DNA from: Octopus sinensis
Taxonomy: Eukaryota
Direction: 5' to 3'
DNA: 64,000 nt
NCBI RefSeq assembly: GCF_006345805.1
Contig: NW_021833268.1
Coordinates: forward strand, 13,923-77,922
The notes under the pieces were generated by a model, which saw nothing but the letters and a program-made list of their open reading frames with translations, made no database searches and had not been told where the DNA came from. This document shows, piece after piece, positions 25,801 through 38,089 of this stretch. Both the position numbers and the translations under genes were made by a program. Every line of letters begins with the position of its first letter. The first letter of the stretch is position 1.

Positions 25801-27927
25801 ACCCCCCAGGCCCTCTTTCCTCATCATATGATCAAGAACTCTCACTTGTTTAGCCCTTATCTCATAAAACAGTTCCTTATTTACTGCAACTTTCTAAACC
25901 CTCCAGGCCCTCTTTCCTCATCATATCATCAAGAACTCTCACTTGTTTAGCTCTTATCTCATACAACAGTTCCTTATTTACTGCAACTTTCTAAACCCTC
26001 CAGGCCCTCCTTCCTCATCATATGATCAAGAACTCTCACTTGTTTAGCCCTTATCTCATAAAGCAGTTTCTTATTTACTGCAACTTGCTAAACCCTCAAG
26101 GCCCTCTTTCCTCATCATATGATCAAGAACTCTCACTTGTTTAGCCCTTATCTCATAAAACAGTTCCTTATTTACTGCAACTTTCTAAACCCTCCAGACC
26201 CTCTTTCCTCATCATATGATCAAGAACTCTCACTTGTTTAGCCCTTATCTCATAAAACAGTTCCTTATTTACTGCAACTTTCTAAACCCTCCAGGCCCTC
26301 CTTCCTCATCATATGATCAAGAACTCTCACTTGTTTAGCCCTTATCTCATAAAACAGTTCCTTATTTACTGCAACTTTCTAAACCCTCCAGGCCCTCTTT
26401 CCTCATCATATGATCAAGAACTCTCACTTGTTTAGCCCTTATCTCATAAAACAGTTCCTTATTTACTGCAACTTTCTAAACCCTCCAGGCCCTCCTTCCT
26501 CATCATATGATCAAGAACTCTCACCTGTTTAGCCCTTATCTCATAAAACAGTTCCTTATTTACTGCAACTTTCTAAACCCTCCAGGCCCTCCTTCCTCAT
26601 CATATGATCAAGAACTCTCACTTGTTTAGCCCTTATCTCATAAAACAGTTCCTTATTTACTGCAACTTTCTAAACCCTCCAGGCCCTCCTTCATCATCAT
26701 ATGGTCAAGAACTCTCACTTGTTTGGCCCTTATCTCATAAAACAGTTCCTTATTTACTGCAACTTTCTAAACCCTCCAGGCCCTCCTTCCTCATCATATG
26801 ATCAAGAACTCTCACTTGTTTAGCCCTTATCTCATAAAACAGTTCCTTATTTACTGCAACTTTCTAAACCCTCCAGGCCCTCCTTCCTCATCATATGATC
26901 AAGAACTCTCACTTGTTTAGCCCTTATCTCATAAAGCAGTTTCTTATTTACTGCAACTTGCTAAACCCTCAAGGCCCTCTTTCCTCATCATATCATCAAG
27001 AACTCTCACTTGTTTAGCCCTTATCTCATAAAGCAGTTTCTTATTTACTGCAACTTTCTAAACCCTCCAGGCCCTTTTTCCTCATCATTTCATCAAGAAC
27101 TCTCACTTGTTTAGCCCTTATCTCATAAAGCAGTTTCTTATTTACTGCAACTTGCTAAACCCTCCAGGCCCTCTTTCCTCATCATATCATCAAGAACTCT
27201 CACTTGTTTAGCCCTTACCTCATAAAGCAGTTTCTTAGTTACTGCAACTTGCTAAACCCTCCAGGCCCTTCTTCCTCATCATATCATCAAGAACTCTCAC
27301 TTGTTTAGCCCTTATCTCATAAAGCAGTTTCTTATTTACTGCAACTTGCTAAACCCTCCAGGCTCTTTTTCCTCATCATATCATCAAGAACTCTCACTTG
27401 TTTAGCCCTTATCTCATAAAGCAGTTTCTTATTTACTGCAACTTGCTAAACCCTCCAGGCCCTTTTTCCTCATCATATCATCAAGAACTCTCACTTGTTT
27501 AGCCCTTATCTCATAAAGCAGTTCCTTATTTACTGCAACTTTCTAAACCCTCCAGGCCCCCTTTCCTCATCATATGATCAAGAACTCTCAGTTGCTTTGC
27601 CCTTATCTCATAAAACAGTTCCTTAATTACTGCAACTTGCTAAACCCTCCAGGCTCTCTTTCCTCATCATATGATCAAGAACTCTCACTTGTTTAGCCCT
27701 TATCTCATAAAAAAGTTCCTTATTTACTGCAACTTTCTAAACCCTCCAGGCCCTCTTTCCTCATCATATCATCAAGAACTCTCACTTGTTAGCCCTTATC
27801 TCATAAAAAAGTTCCTTATTTACTCCAACTTGCTAAACCCTCAAGGCCCTCTTTCCTCATCATATGACCAAGAACTCTCACTTGTTTAGCCCTTATCTCA
27901 TAAAGCAGTTTCTTATTTACTGCAACT
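19893..27927. repeat. Tandem array of 97-bp units, about 83 copies
   Basis: taaaccctc at 20091, 20188 and 20285 gives period 97; the unit is a segment of the flanking LINE ORF. Confidence 0.97.
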
Positions 27928-28123
27928 CTAGTCATCACTTCTTCATTAGATACTTTGTCTGTCCATGCTATCCTCAATATTCTCCTTAAGAACACTATTT
28001 CACAGCTGTCCAAGCATCTCATTTCTGATGTTATAGACCATGCCTCACTTCCATACACAGCAGTTCAATATATGGATCCTGGTTTTGATGCTCAGAGTAC
28101 GGTTTCTGAAGATGTTATATATA

Positions 28124-28571
28124 TACTGGCGAAAATAAATTTAAGACCGATGATAAAAGTTCTATTTCTTCAAAAATATTTTGTTACTAACACCATCTAA
28201 ATTATTTTTATCTTTTACACCTTATGCAGAATTTATTTCTCTTTTGAATGATGCAGACAATAACTATATTTATACAACTTGAAGAATTCTTATGCCAAAT
28301 TAATATAAACGTTTCAAATTTACCGGCACTTTTCCTTCTTTAAGTTTCCAGATCAGGTCATTGAGTGATGTATAAATTTGAAATGTTTATATTAATTTAG
28401 CATTAGAATTCTTCAAGTTGTATAAAAATAGTTATTGTCTGCATCATTCAAAAGAAAAATAAATACTGCATAATGCGTAAAAGATAAAAATAATTTGTAT
28501 GGTGTCAGTAACAAAATATTTTTGAAGAAATATAACTTTTATCATCAGTCTTAAATTTATTTTCACCAGTG
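28124..28571. mobile_element. Foldback MITE with about 200-bp arms and TA flanks
   Basis: actggcgaaaataaatttaagac...tttcaaattt versus aaatttgaaa...gtcttaaatttattttcaccagt; spacer about 50 bp. Confidence 0.85.
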
Positions 28572-29509
28572 TAGTAATTGAAGAGAGCTGGTGACATAAC
28601 ACATCCTTGTCTATCCCTTCTCCTGATTCTAATGCATTCACCACATTTTCCATCCACCCTTATGCATACTGATTGGTTCCAATACAGGTATTCTTTTAAA
28701 GTGCCATTCTCAGGCTACCATGTAAGATTGATAAACAACATTTTTTTATGTAAAATTCTTACAATTGTTTCGACACATTTTTGCACCTGTTGTACATTGG
28801 TGAGATGTTGTATAATCATTATCATCCATCGAAAGGGATTGTTTAAATAAACTTTTCAGTAGATCCTCTCAGAATTTCATTCAGTGTGATAATGCATACC
28901 CAAAGTGATGTATCATTTTCAGCAATTTACAGACAAAACTAAATCCAAACATGTAGTGACAGAAAAATGCTATTATAGTCAAAATACATATTACAGAAAT
29001 AAAGAAATCAACAAAAAAGAGGATACGATTGACTATAAATAATAATTCTATCTTTGTGGTCAGATTATAAGAATAAAAGTGAAAAACAGAATGAAGAATT
29101 GGAACTACATTACATCATTTAAAAACATTAACAAGTGTACAATTCAACATCACATGGGCAATAATAAAAGTGTGTATCTATACAATACATTTTCAGATCC
29201 TGCAATCTATGTTCCAAAGAAGTACTATGTATTTTAATGTGTACAGATTTGTGAATAGGTACTCTAGAAGAGTTATTAAAGACAACCGTAGGCTAAAATG
29301 CTCATTTTGTGCAGTTTTGTAAAAACAATTAATGTTTGATGCTCTATTGATACAATCAATTTATTTTACAAAATTGTGGCCATAAACACAATAGCCATTC
29401 CTGTAATCACATACAGCTTCAATATTATAAGCTCATTCTTCTCTGAGATGAACAAAGTTGATACATAATTTACATTTGACGGATATTTGTCCTCATCTTA
29501 TTTGTTGTT

Positions 29510-29555
29510 AACACAACATTTCGGCTGATATACCCTCCAGCCTTCTTCAGGTGTC
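29510..29555 (-). ncRNA. Minimal type I hammerhead ribozyme motif
   Basis: rc = GACAC-CUGAAGA-A-GGCUG-gaggguauau-CAGCC-GAAA-UGU-U-GUGUU; stem III C to U is consistent with CpG decay. Confidence 0.6.
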
Positions 29556-29616
29556 TTGGGGAAATTTCGAACCTGGGTTCTCATTCCTAAGGTATTTTTC
29601 GATGTTATTATTATTA

Positions 29617-31585
29617 CCCAATGGCTGGCGTAGCAGCACCATAGTCAACTGCTACAAGGGTAAGGGTGATGCTCTAGATAGAAATAACTACAGGGGTATT
29701 AAACTGTTGGATCAGGTGATGAAGGTCACAGAGAGGGTCATAACCCATCTCATTAGGGAGAGAATTTGCTTAGATGAGATGCAGTTCGGTTTTGTGCCGG
29801 GTAGAAGCACCACTGATGCTATATTCCTGGTCCGACAACTGCAGGAGAAGTACCTAGCTAAAGATAAACCCCTCTATATAGCTTTTGTGGACTTGGAGAA
29901 AGCCTTTGACAGGGTTCCCCCATCCCTTATCTGGTGGTCGATGTGGAAACTGGAGATTGATGAATAGCTAATAAGGGCTGTACAGGCCCTATACAGAGAG
30001 GCTGTCAGCAAGGTTAGGATTGGCAACGAATATAGTGAAGAATTCCAGGTAGAAGTAGGTGTACACCAAGGCTCAGCCCTCAGTCGCCTCTTATTCATCA
30101 TAGTCCTCCAGGCAATAACAGAGGAATTCAAAACAGGATGCCCCTGGGAGCTCCTCTTTGCTGATGACCTGGCTCTCATAGCAGAATCACTACCGGAACT
30201 AGAAAAGAAATTTCGGGTGTGGAAGCAAGGGTTAGAATCAAAGGGCCTTAGAGTAAATGTAGCGAAGACCAAAGTTATAGTAAGCAGAAAGGCGAACTCA
30301 GCACACACACCCCCGGGAGGTGGCCCTGCTCGATCTGTAGGAAAGGTGTAGGTAGAAACTCCATAAGATGCACCCAATGTAAGCTATGGATGCATAAGAG
30401 GTGCAGCAACATTAAAGGGAAATTAACTGATAAGATAGCTTTCATGTGCGGCAGATGCACAGGGACAATAGACACAACAGACACTCAGAAAACAGATTCC
30501 ATCACACTCCAGGGGGAGAAACTAGAAGTACTTGATAGTTTCCGCTACCTGGGTGACCAAGTTAGTAGTGGAGGTGGATGCTCAGAGAGTATCACCACTA
30601 GAATACGAATAGCCTGGGCAAAGTTCAGAAAGCTCCAACCCCTACTGGCGACAAAGGGTCTCTCGCTCAGAGTGAAAGGTAGATTGTATGATGCATGTGT
30701 GCGAACTGCCATGCTTCACAGTAGTGAAACATGGGCTGTGACTGCAGAGGACATGCGTAGACTTGAAAGAAATGAAGCTAGCATGATCCGCTGGATGTGT
30801 AATGTCAGTGTGCGTGCACGACAGAGTGTAAGCACCCTGAGAGAAATGCTGGACATAAGAAGCATCAGATGTGGTGTGCAAGAGCGATGCTTACGATGGT
30901 ATGGTCACATACTGCGGATGGATGAGGAGAGATGTGTGAAGAAGTGCCACTCCAAAACAGTTGAAGGTAGACCCAGGAAGACATGAGATGAGGTAGTCAA
31001 GCATGACCTCAGAGCATTGGGCCTCACTGAGGCAATGGCGAAGGACCGAGATCTCTGGAGATATGCTGTGACTGCAAAGACCCAGGCTGCTTCCTGCACC
31101 AGTTCCGCATAGCCCCTGACCATTCAAAGTACCCTGGATCCCAGAACATCCCGCTGTGCTTGGAGACCTGTTGAGTCAAGTACATGAACATGAACATGAA
31201 CATCGAAATAAATATCAATGGAAACAGTAGTTGTGATACCTGTGCCGGTGGCACATAAAAGCACCATCTGAATGTGGCCGATGCCAGCGCTGCCCCGACT
31301 GGCTCCTGTGCCGGTGGCACATAAAAAGCACCATCCGAACGTGGCCGTTGCCAGCGCCGCCTTGGCTGGCTTCCGTGCCGGTGGCACATTAAAAGCTCCA
31401 ACCGATCGTGTTCGATGCCGGACCCCCCTGGCACTTGTGCAGGTGGCACGTAAAAAGCACCACTCGCGGAGTGGTTGGCATTAGGAAGGGCATCCAGCTG
31501 TAGAAACTGGCTTCCCAGACCCCGGTCGAACTGTCCAACCCGTGCTAGCACGGAAAACGGACGTTAAACGATGATGATGATGATT
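29617..31585 (+). mobile_element. RTE-clade LINE, second subfamily, RT pseudogene
   Basis: NYRGIKLL, QFGF, DLEKAFD, HQGS, FADD (30157-30168), FRYLG. Stops at 29965 and 30984, frameshift near 30315, UTR repeats and (GAT)n tail. Confidence 0.95.
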
Positions 31586-31754
31586 ATTCAGGTCACTGCT
31601 TGGAATTGAACTTGGAATCTTGGGGTTAGTAGCCCGTGCTCTCAACCACTATGCCATATGCCTTTGGGCAATTATGGAGTGAATTTTAGGGCTTATAAAT
31701 CTAATATTTTCTATCCTTCCTTAATACCGGTTCCCATATGCTGTTCATATCTGC

Positions 31755-31845
31755 ACAAACAAGATGAGGACAAATATCCGTCAAATGTAAATAATGTAAA
31801 TAATGTACATAATTCCTCATCTCTTAAATATAGAACTGAACAAAA
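31755..31845 (+). mobile_element. Family F 3' tail fragment
   Basis: aaacaagatgaggacaaatatccgtcaaatgtaaataatgtaaataatgtac. Confidence 0.75.
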
Positions 31846-32169
31846 TTGATGTCAAAATATGAAAACTGGTGACAATACAGTGTATGCATCACCCAAAAGC
31901 AGACACGGAACGAACATAGCTCCAGATTAAATAAGACGGTTAGGGGTTCATACAGTATCAACTCTCACAGAAAATTACAACCATGGGACTTTCTGCTTCC
32001 TTACAACAAGCAAACAAGATGTTAAAAGCTGATTCTGAAACATGAAGAAACCAAGCAGTTACACTATGTGAAAAAAAGCACAAAAATATGCTTCCAAAAA
32101 ATGCAACTCGATGGACCAGAACTTGAAGAAAATGCATCCCTAACAGACAAGGAAAAACAAATAACAATC

Positions 32170-32402
32170 ATATATATTTCTTTACTACCCACAAGGGGCT
32201 AAACATAGAGGGGACAAACAGAGACAGACAAAGGGATTAAGTCGATTACATCGACCCAGTGCGAAACTGGTACTTTATTTATTGACCCCGAGAGGATGAA
32301 AGGCAAAGTCGACCTCAGCGGAATTTGAACTCAGAACGTAGCGACAGACGAAATATCGCTAAGCATTTCGCCCGGCGAGCTAACGTTTCTGCCAGCTCAC
32401 CA
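32170..32402 (-). mobile_element. SINE family B
   Basis: Full head-to-tail match to other B copies. Confidence 0.9.
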
Positions 32403-32730
32403 GCCAAACAAACAAGCCTCTGTTGTATTAAGGAGAAATAGGGGTCAAAACCAGGGGCTATCATACCGGTGGCTATCATACTTTGGTCTAAAACCAGAAA
32501 CTGAGTGGTATGGTATTGCTGCTTAGGATCAATCTATCCCAGTTTGGAATCACCTAAGTAATGTCTTGAAATATGAAAACAGCTCATCATGGTGCATATG
32601 CAGAGATCACCCAGAGACAATCGACTTCCTAGTCTTTGGATGCAACAGACTGGCACCAACAGAATACTTGCAAAGGCATGACAGAACAGCTCAGTGCATT
32701 CACTGGCCAATATGTTGCACATGCAACAGC

Positions 32731-33683
32731 GTAGGAGTGGCTGTGTAGTAAGTAGCTTGCTTTCCAACCACATGGTTCCTGGGTTCAGTCCCACTGTGTG
32801 GCACCTTGCTTCCACACCAGAAATTTCTTTTCTAGTTCCGGTAGTGATTCTGCTATGAGAGCCAGGTCATCAGCAAAGAGGAGCTCCCAGGGGCATCCTG
32901 TTTTGAATTCCTCTGTTATTGCCTGGAGGACTATGATGAATAAGAGGGGACTGAGGGCTGAGCCTTGGTGTACACCTACTTCTACCCGGAATTCTTCACT
33001 ATATTCGTTGCCAATCCTAACCTTGCTGACAGCCTCTCTGTATAGAGCCTGTACAGCTCTTATTAGCCATTCGTCAATCTCCAGTATTCTACTATAACCT
33101 CAGGCTGACCAAAGACTTGTGAGTGGATTTGGTAGATGGAAATGAAAGGAAGCTCATCATCATCATCATTATCATCATCGTTTAACGTCCGTTTTCCATG
33201 CTGGCATGGGTTGGACGATTTGACTGAGGACTGGCAAACCAGATGGCTACACCAGGCTCCAGTCTTGATCTGCCAGTGTTTCTACAGCTGGATGCCCTTC
33301 CTAATGCCAACCATTCTGAGAGTGTAGTGGGTGCTTTTACATGCCAACGGCACGGGGCCAGTCGGGCGGTACTGACAATGGCCTTGCTCGAATCTTTTAC
33401 ACATGCCACCGGCACAGGTGCCAGTAAGGTGATGCCGGTAACGATCACACTCGAATGGTGCCTTTTACGTGCCACTGGCACAGAGGCCAGATAGCCGCTC
33501 TGGCAACAATCACACTCGGATGGTGCTCTTAACACCCTACTAGCACGGGGCTCGAGTGCCAGTAAGGTGACCCTGGTAACGATCACGCTCGAATGCTGCC
33601 TTTTAAGTGCCACTGGCACGGAAGCTGGTTAGCTGCTCTGTCAACAATCACACTTGTATGGTACTCTTTGCACCCCGCTCATC

Positions 33684-33728
<45 letters not shown>

Positions 33729-33975
33729 ATATTATATATATATGTATGTATGTATGTATGTATATGTGTGTGTGTGTATATGTTTGTCCCCCCAAGATCG
33801 CTTGACAACCGATGCTGGTGTGTTTACATCCCCGTAACTTAGTGGTTCAGCAAAAGAGACCGATAGAATAAGTACCAGGCTTACAAAGAATAAGCCCTGG
33901 GGTCAATTTGCCCGACTAAAGGTGGTGCTCCAGCATGGCCACAATCAAATGACTGAAACAAGTAAAAGAGATACA
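32731..33975 (+). mobile_element. SINE family A broken by minus-strand RTE pieces (RT fragment 32811-33085; 3' UTR 33146-33680)
   Basis: A head at 32731-32810 resumes at 33088-33145 and 33760-33975; the inserts match rc of 29950-30230 and of the RTE UTR. Confidence 0.8.
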
Positions 33976-34214
33976 ACCTCCCTCGCAAAAGCAGTTGGTG
34001 GGAACAGAAGCCATCACACATTGCCCAAAATGTCAAGGTTACCATCCTTTGGAATTTCAATGCTCAGACTGATGGGGGAAATATAAGCAAACCAATCTAA
34101 TTTCATTGTGAAAAATCATATTGAAAAACCTTGTCTTCTGACTGACGTTGCAACCCCAGCAGAAAATAAAATACAGCTCTGAAAATGTTTGAAAAACTGA
34201 GCAAGTATAAGTAT

Positions 34215-34625
34215 CTCTTTTACTCTTTTACTCTTTTACTTGTTTCAGTCATTTGACTGCGGCCATGCTGGAGCACCGCCTTTAGTCAACCAAATTGACC
34301 CCAGGACTTATTCTTTGTAAGCCCAGTACTTATTCTATCGGTCTCTTTTTGCCGAACCACTAAGTGACACGGACGTAAACACACCAGCATCGGTTGTCAA
34401 GCAATGCTAGGGGGACAAACACAGACACACAAACATATACACACACATACATATACATATATATATACATATATACGACAGGCTTCTTTCAGTTTCCATC
34501 TACCAAATCCACTCACAAGGCATTGGTCGGCCCGGGGCTATAGCAGAAGACACTTGCCCAAGATGCCACGCAGTAGGACTGAACCCGGAACCATGTGGTT
34601 GGTTAGCAAGCTACTTACCACATAT
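34215..34625 (-). mobile_element. SINE family A
   Basis: Matches 11200-11627. Confidence 0.9.
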
Positions 34626-34837
34626 TTCAATCTCTTCTCGTCCTTTTATCGAAATAGCTCTTATTGAAACATCTCCAGGGAAGAAAGCAAAAAAAAAATA
34701 CTGTGAAAGTAAAAGGATCTTGAAATGGAAATAATCATGGTTTGCTATAAAATAATAGCATAAAAAAATAATGTGAATATATAAAATAATATATAATATA
34801 ATATTATAATTATAAAATAATGCTATAAGATAATGTA

Positions 34838-35175
34838 AAGGCACATGGCTCAGTGGTTAGAGCATCGAGCTTACAATTGTGAGGTTGTGAGTTCGAATCC
34901 CGGACCAGGCTGCATGTTGTGTTCTTGAGCAAGACACTTTATTTCACGTTGCTCCAGTTAACTCAGCTGTAGAAATGAGTTGCGACGTCATGGGTGCCAA
35001 GCTGTATCGGCCCCTTTGCCTTTCCCTTGGATACCATCGGTGGCATGGAGAGGGGAGGTTGGTATGTATGGGTGACTGCTGGTCTTCCATAAACAACCTT
35101 GCCCGGACTTATGCCTGGGAGGGTAACTTTCTGTGTGAAATTCCATGGTCAGTGTCGTGAGCAAAGGGGGTCTCA
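34838..35175 (+). mobile_element. SINE family D head with alternative tail; second copy at 35600-35940
   Basis: tggctcagtggttagagc...gttcgaatcc, ttgagcaagacactttatttcacgttgctccag, tail gggagggtaactttct...ggtca. Confidence 0.85.
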
Positions 35176-35949
35176 GAATAGCAATCTTTATACTAGCCAA
35201 GGATTTCATTTTTTATGAGCACATACATGGCCATATGGTAAAGAATTTGTTTCCTAACCACATGGTTCGGGATTCAGTCCTACTGGCTGAATGTTTTCTA
35301 TTATGGCCTCAGACTTTGTGAGTGGATTTGGTAGATGGAAACTGAAAGGAAAGAAGCCCAGCATTTACGTGTGTGTGTGTCATTGTGTCTGTGTTTGTCC
35401 CCCACTGCCACTTAGCAGCTCAGCAAAAGAGATTGATGGAATGAGTACCAAGCTTAGGAAAAGGAGTCCTGAGGTTGATTCATTCAGCTAAAATTCTACA
35501 AAGCAGTGCCCCAGCATGGCCATAGTCTAACGACTGAAACAGGAATCCAAAAGAAAATTGCAACACTAGGTGTTATTGTGAAGGTATGAGGTATGGTGTG
35601 AAGGTGCATGGCTCAGTGGTTAGAGCATCGAGCTTACGATCGTGAGGTTGTGAGCTCGAATCCTGGACCAGGCTGCATGTTGTGTTCTTAAGCAAGACAC
35701 TTTATTTCACGTTGTTCCAGTTCACTCAGCTGTAGAAATGAGTTGCGACTTCACAGGTGCCAAGCTGTATTGGCCCCTTTGTCTTTCCCTTGAATAGCAT
35801 CAGTGACATGGAGAGGGGAAGCTGGTATGCAAGGATGACTGCTGGTTTACAAGGATGACTGCTGGTTTACTTATGCCTTGGAGGGTAACTTTCTAGGTGC
35901 AATCCAAAGGTCATTCATTCCTGAAGGGGGTCTTTACTCTTATACCCTT

Positions 35950-36006
<57 letters not shown>

Positions 36007-36228
36007 TGTAAATTAGAAATAAAAAACCTTTTATCAATTCAACAATGAAAAAATTAAATTATACCATTCAGAAAAAATTACATCGTATAGAAAAATTAAA
36101 TATAAGATAAAACATTTACCAGTGATTAAGTAATGTGCAAAATAATAAATAAAATGTATATATATATTTACATATATATTGGGCGACTGCTGATCTTCCA
36201 TAAACAGCCTTGCCCGGACTTGTGCCTG

Positions 36229-36512
36229 GGAGGGTAACTTTCTAGGTGCAATCCCATGGTCAGTGTCATGACCGAAGGGAGTCTAAGAAGATGAGGTATG
36301 GTGATCAGGAGTGTTTAGTTCATAATCATAAAGTTGTGAGTTCAGTTTCTGGGCTAAGCAGTGTACTCTGGGAGGGTAACTTTCTGGTGCAATCCTCATG
36401 GTCAGTGTCATGACCGAAAGGAGTCTAAGAAGATGAGGTATGGTGATCAGGAGTGTTTAGTTCATAATCATAAAGTTGTGAGTTCAGTTTCTGGGCTAAG
36501 CAGTGTACTCTG
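36229..36512 (+). repeat. Direct tandem duplication, period about 142 bp
   Basis: ggagggtaac...gcagtgtactctgg occurs at 36229 and 36371. Confidence 0.9.
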
Positions 36513-37124
36513 GCAGACGAGAAGGAATAGGAGTAACTACTCGTAATATTGATATCATTAATGAAAACAATTTGTTACACAATCCAGAATGTTCTTTAAT
36601 AACTTTGCCCATTAGCTGATTTAAAATATTCTTCCATTTCAATGTTGCAATATTGCTAATGGCTGCCAGCTGTTGCCGATGTTGGCATTATTGATTCTGC
36701 TATTTGCCATCTAATCAGACATTAGATGTGACAAATATCTTCTGCACTTTTTGCATACATACTAATGATTTGTGGTCACTCTTTAGGAAGAAGACAAGTA
36801 AAATATACGGCAATATTTTGAATTTAAATTTTTTTTCCAATAAATATCATGGAGTTTGCCTAGTCACATTTTATAGTATAAGTATTTCTATGCTGAATAA
36901 ATTTGAATAAAACTGAAGAACACAAAGTAACAAAATCAATTGAATCAATTATAATAAAGAAGAGGTCACTTGAATTGAAAATGTTTTAGTGTGGACCGTA
37001 AGAAATGAGAATGTATCAAACGTGAGGAAAAGTTTTACTCTCAGAATTTTAATTTAAAACACCTTTTTATCGTTTACTTGTGTCAGTCATTAGGCTGTGA
37101 CTATGCTGGAGCAATGCCTTGAGG

Positions 37125-37455
37125 AATTTTGTGCCGGTAGCACGTAAAAGCACCATCCGCTTGTGTCCGTTGCCAGCCTCGCCTGGCCCCCGTGCCGGTG
37201 GCACGAAAAAAGAAAAAAAAAAAAGCACCATCCGTTCGTGGCCATTTGCCAGCTCTGTCTGGCACCTGTGCAGGTGGCACATAAAAAGCACCCACTACAC
37301 TCATGGAGTGGTTGGCGTTAGGAAGGCAATCCAGCCGTAGAAACACTGCCAAATCTGACTGGGCCTGATGAAGCCTTCCGGCTTCACAGACCCCAGTTGA
37401 ACCGTCCAACCCATGCTAGCATGGAAAGCGGACGCTAAATGATGATGATGATGAA
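37125..37455 (+). mobile_element. RTE 3' UTR fragment
   Basis: gtgccggtggcac repeats, ggttggcgttaggaagg and (GAT)n tail. Confidence 0.9.
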
Positions 37456-37504
37456 TTGGCCCCTGTATTTACTTTTTGGAAAGCCTGATGCTTTTTCTAT
37501 TAAG

Positions 37505-37925
37505 TGGTGAGCTGGCAGAAATATTAACATGCCGGGCAAAATGCTTAGTGATATTTTGTCTGCCGTTACATTCTGAGTTCAAATTCCGCCAAGGTCGACT
37601 TTGCCTTTCATCCTTTCAGGGGTCGATTAAATAAGTACCAGTTACGCACTGGGGTCGATATAATCGACTTAATCCATTTGTCTGTCCTTGTTTGTCCCCT
37701 CTGTGTTTAGCCCCTTTGTGGGTAGTAAAGAAATGGGTATTTCTTCTGCTGTTACGTTCTGAGTTCAAATTCTGCCAAGGTCGACTCTGTCTTTCATCCT
37801 TTCGGGGGTCGATTAAATAAGTACCAGTTATGCACTGGGGTCGATATAATTGACTTAATCCATTTGTCTGTCCTTGTTTGTCCCCTCTGTGTGTAGCCTC
37901 TTGTGGGCAGTAAAGAAATAAGAAA
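37505..37925 (+). mobile_element. SINE family B dimer
   Basis: Two cores with a junction at about 37730. Confidence 0.9.
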
Positions 37926-38089
37926 CAAACTTGACATCATCATACTTTCCTACTGGAATAAGACCACCACATACTGCAATATGAAGAAGGATCTAACACT
38001 TAGTCATGCTGAATCAATAATAAATTAGGTTTCAAACATACTGGACTTACCACACAGTCATGCCTTGGCTAATTCTAGATTTTTTCCAG

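Larger units (their letters stand above)
19740..28700 (-). mobile_element. Old RTE-type LINE remnant hosting the 97-bp array and a MITE
   Basis: RQGCVMSPALF (about 28580-28615), YGSEAWS...LRRILRIAWTDKVSNEEV (27930-28060), and GHMMRKEGLE..MTGKIEGKRSR (19750-19940) are colinear on the minus strand. Confidence 0.8.
29466..31662 (-). mobile_element. Family F SINE (tRNA head, (TAA)n, hammerhead tail) split by an RTE insertion
   Basis: Head at 31583-31662 (rc tggcatagtgg...gttcaattcc) and body/tail at 29466-29616; the two halves join at the (ATT)n tract. Confidence 0.8.
31870..34212 (+). pseudogene. R4/Dong-like (restriction-like endonuclease) non-LTR remnant fragmented by nested insertions
   Basis: HPKADTER (31890), CICRDHPETIDFLVFGCNRLAPTEYLQRHD..AQCIHW (32590-32710), NVKVTILWNFNAQTD...CLLTDVATP...EKLSKYK (34030-34210). 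Confidence 0.75.

Noticed and set aside
7042-30986. RTE stops at Trp codons (7042, 8358, 29965, 30984) as a sign of deaminase hypermutation
   Set aside because: TGG to TAG/TGA and CGA to TGA are the commonest neutral routes to stop codons; four events cannot show enrichment without a full mutation spectrum.
31240-31470. CRISPR-like array (palindromic repeat plus spacers)
   Set aside because: The spacers are mutually homologous, the array is part of an RTE 3' UTR present in many copies, there are no cas genes, and the context is eukaryotic.
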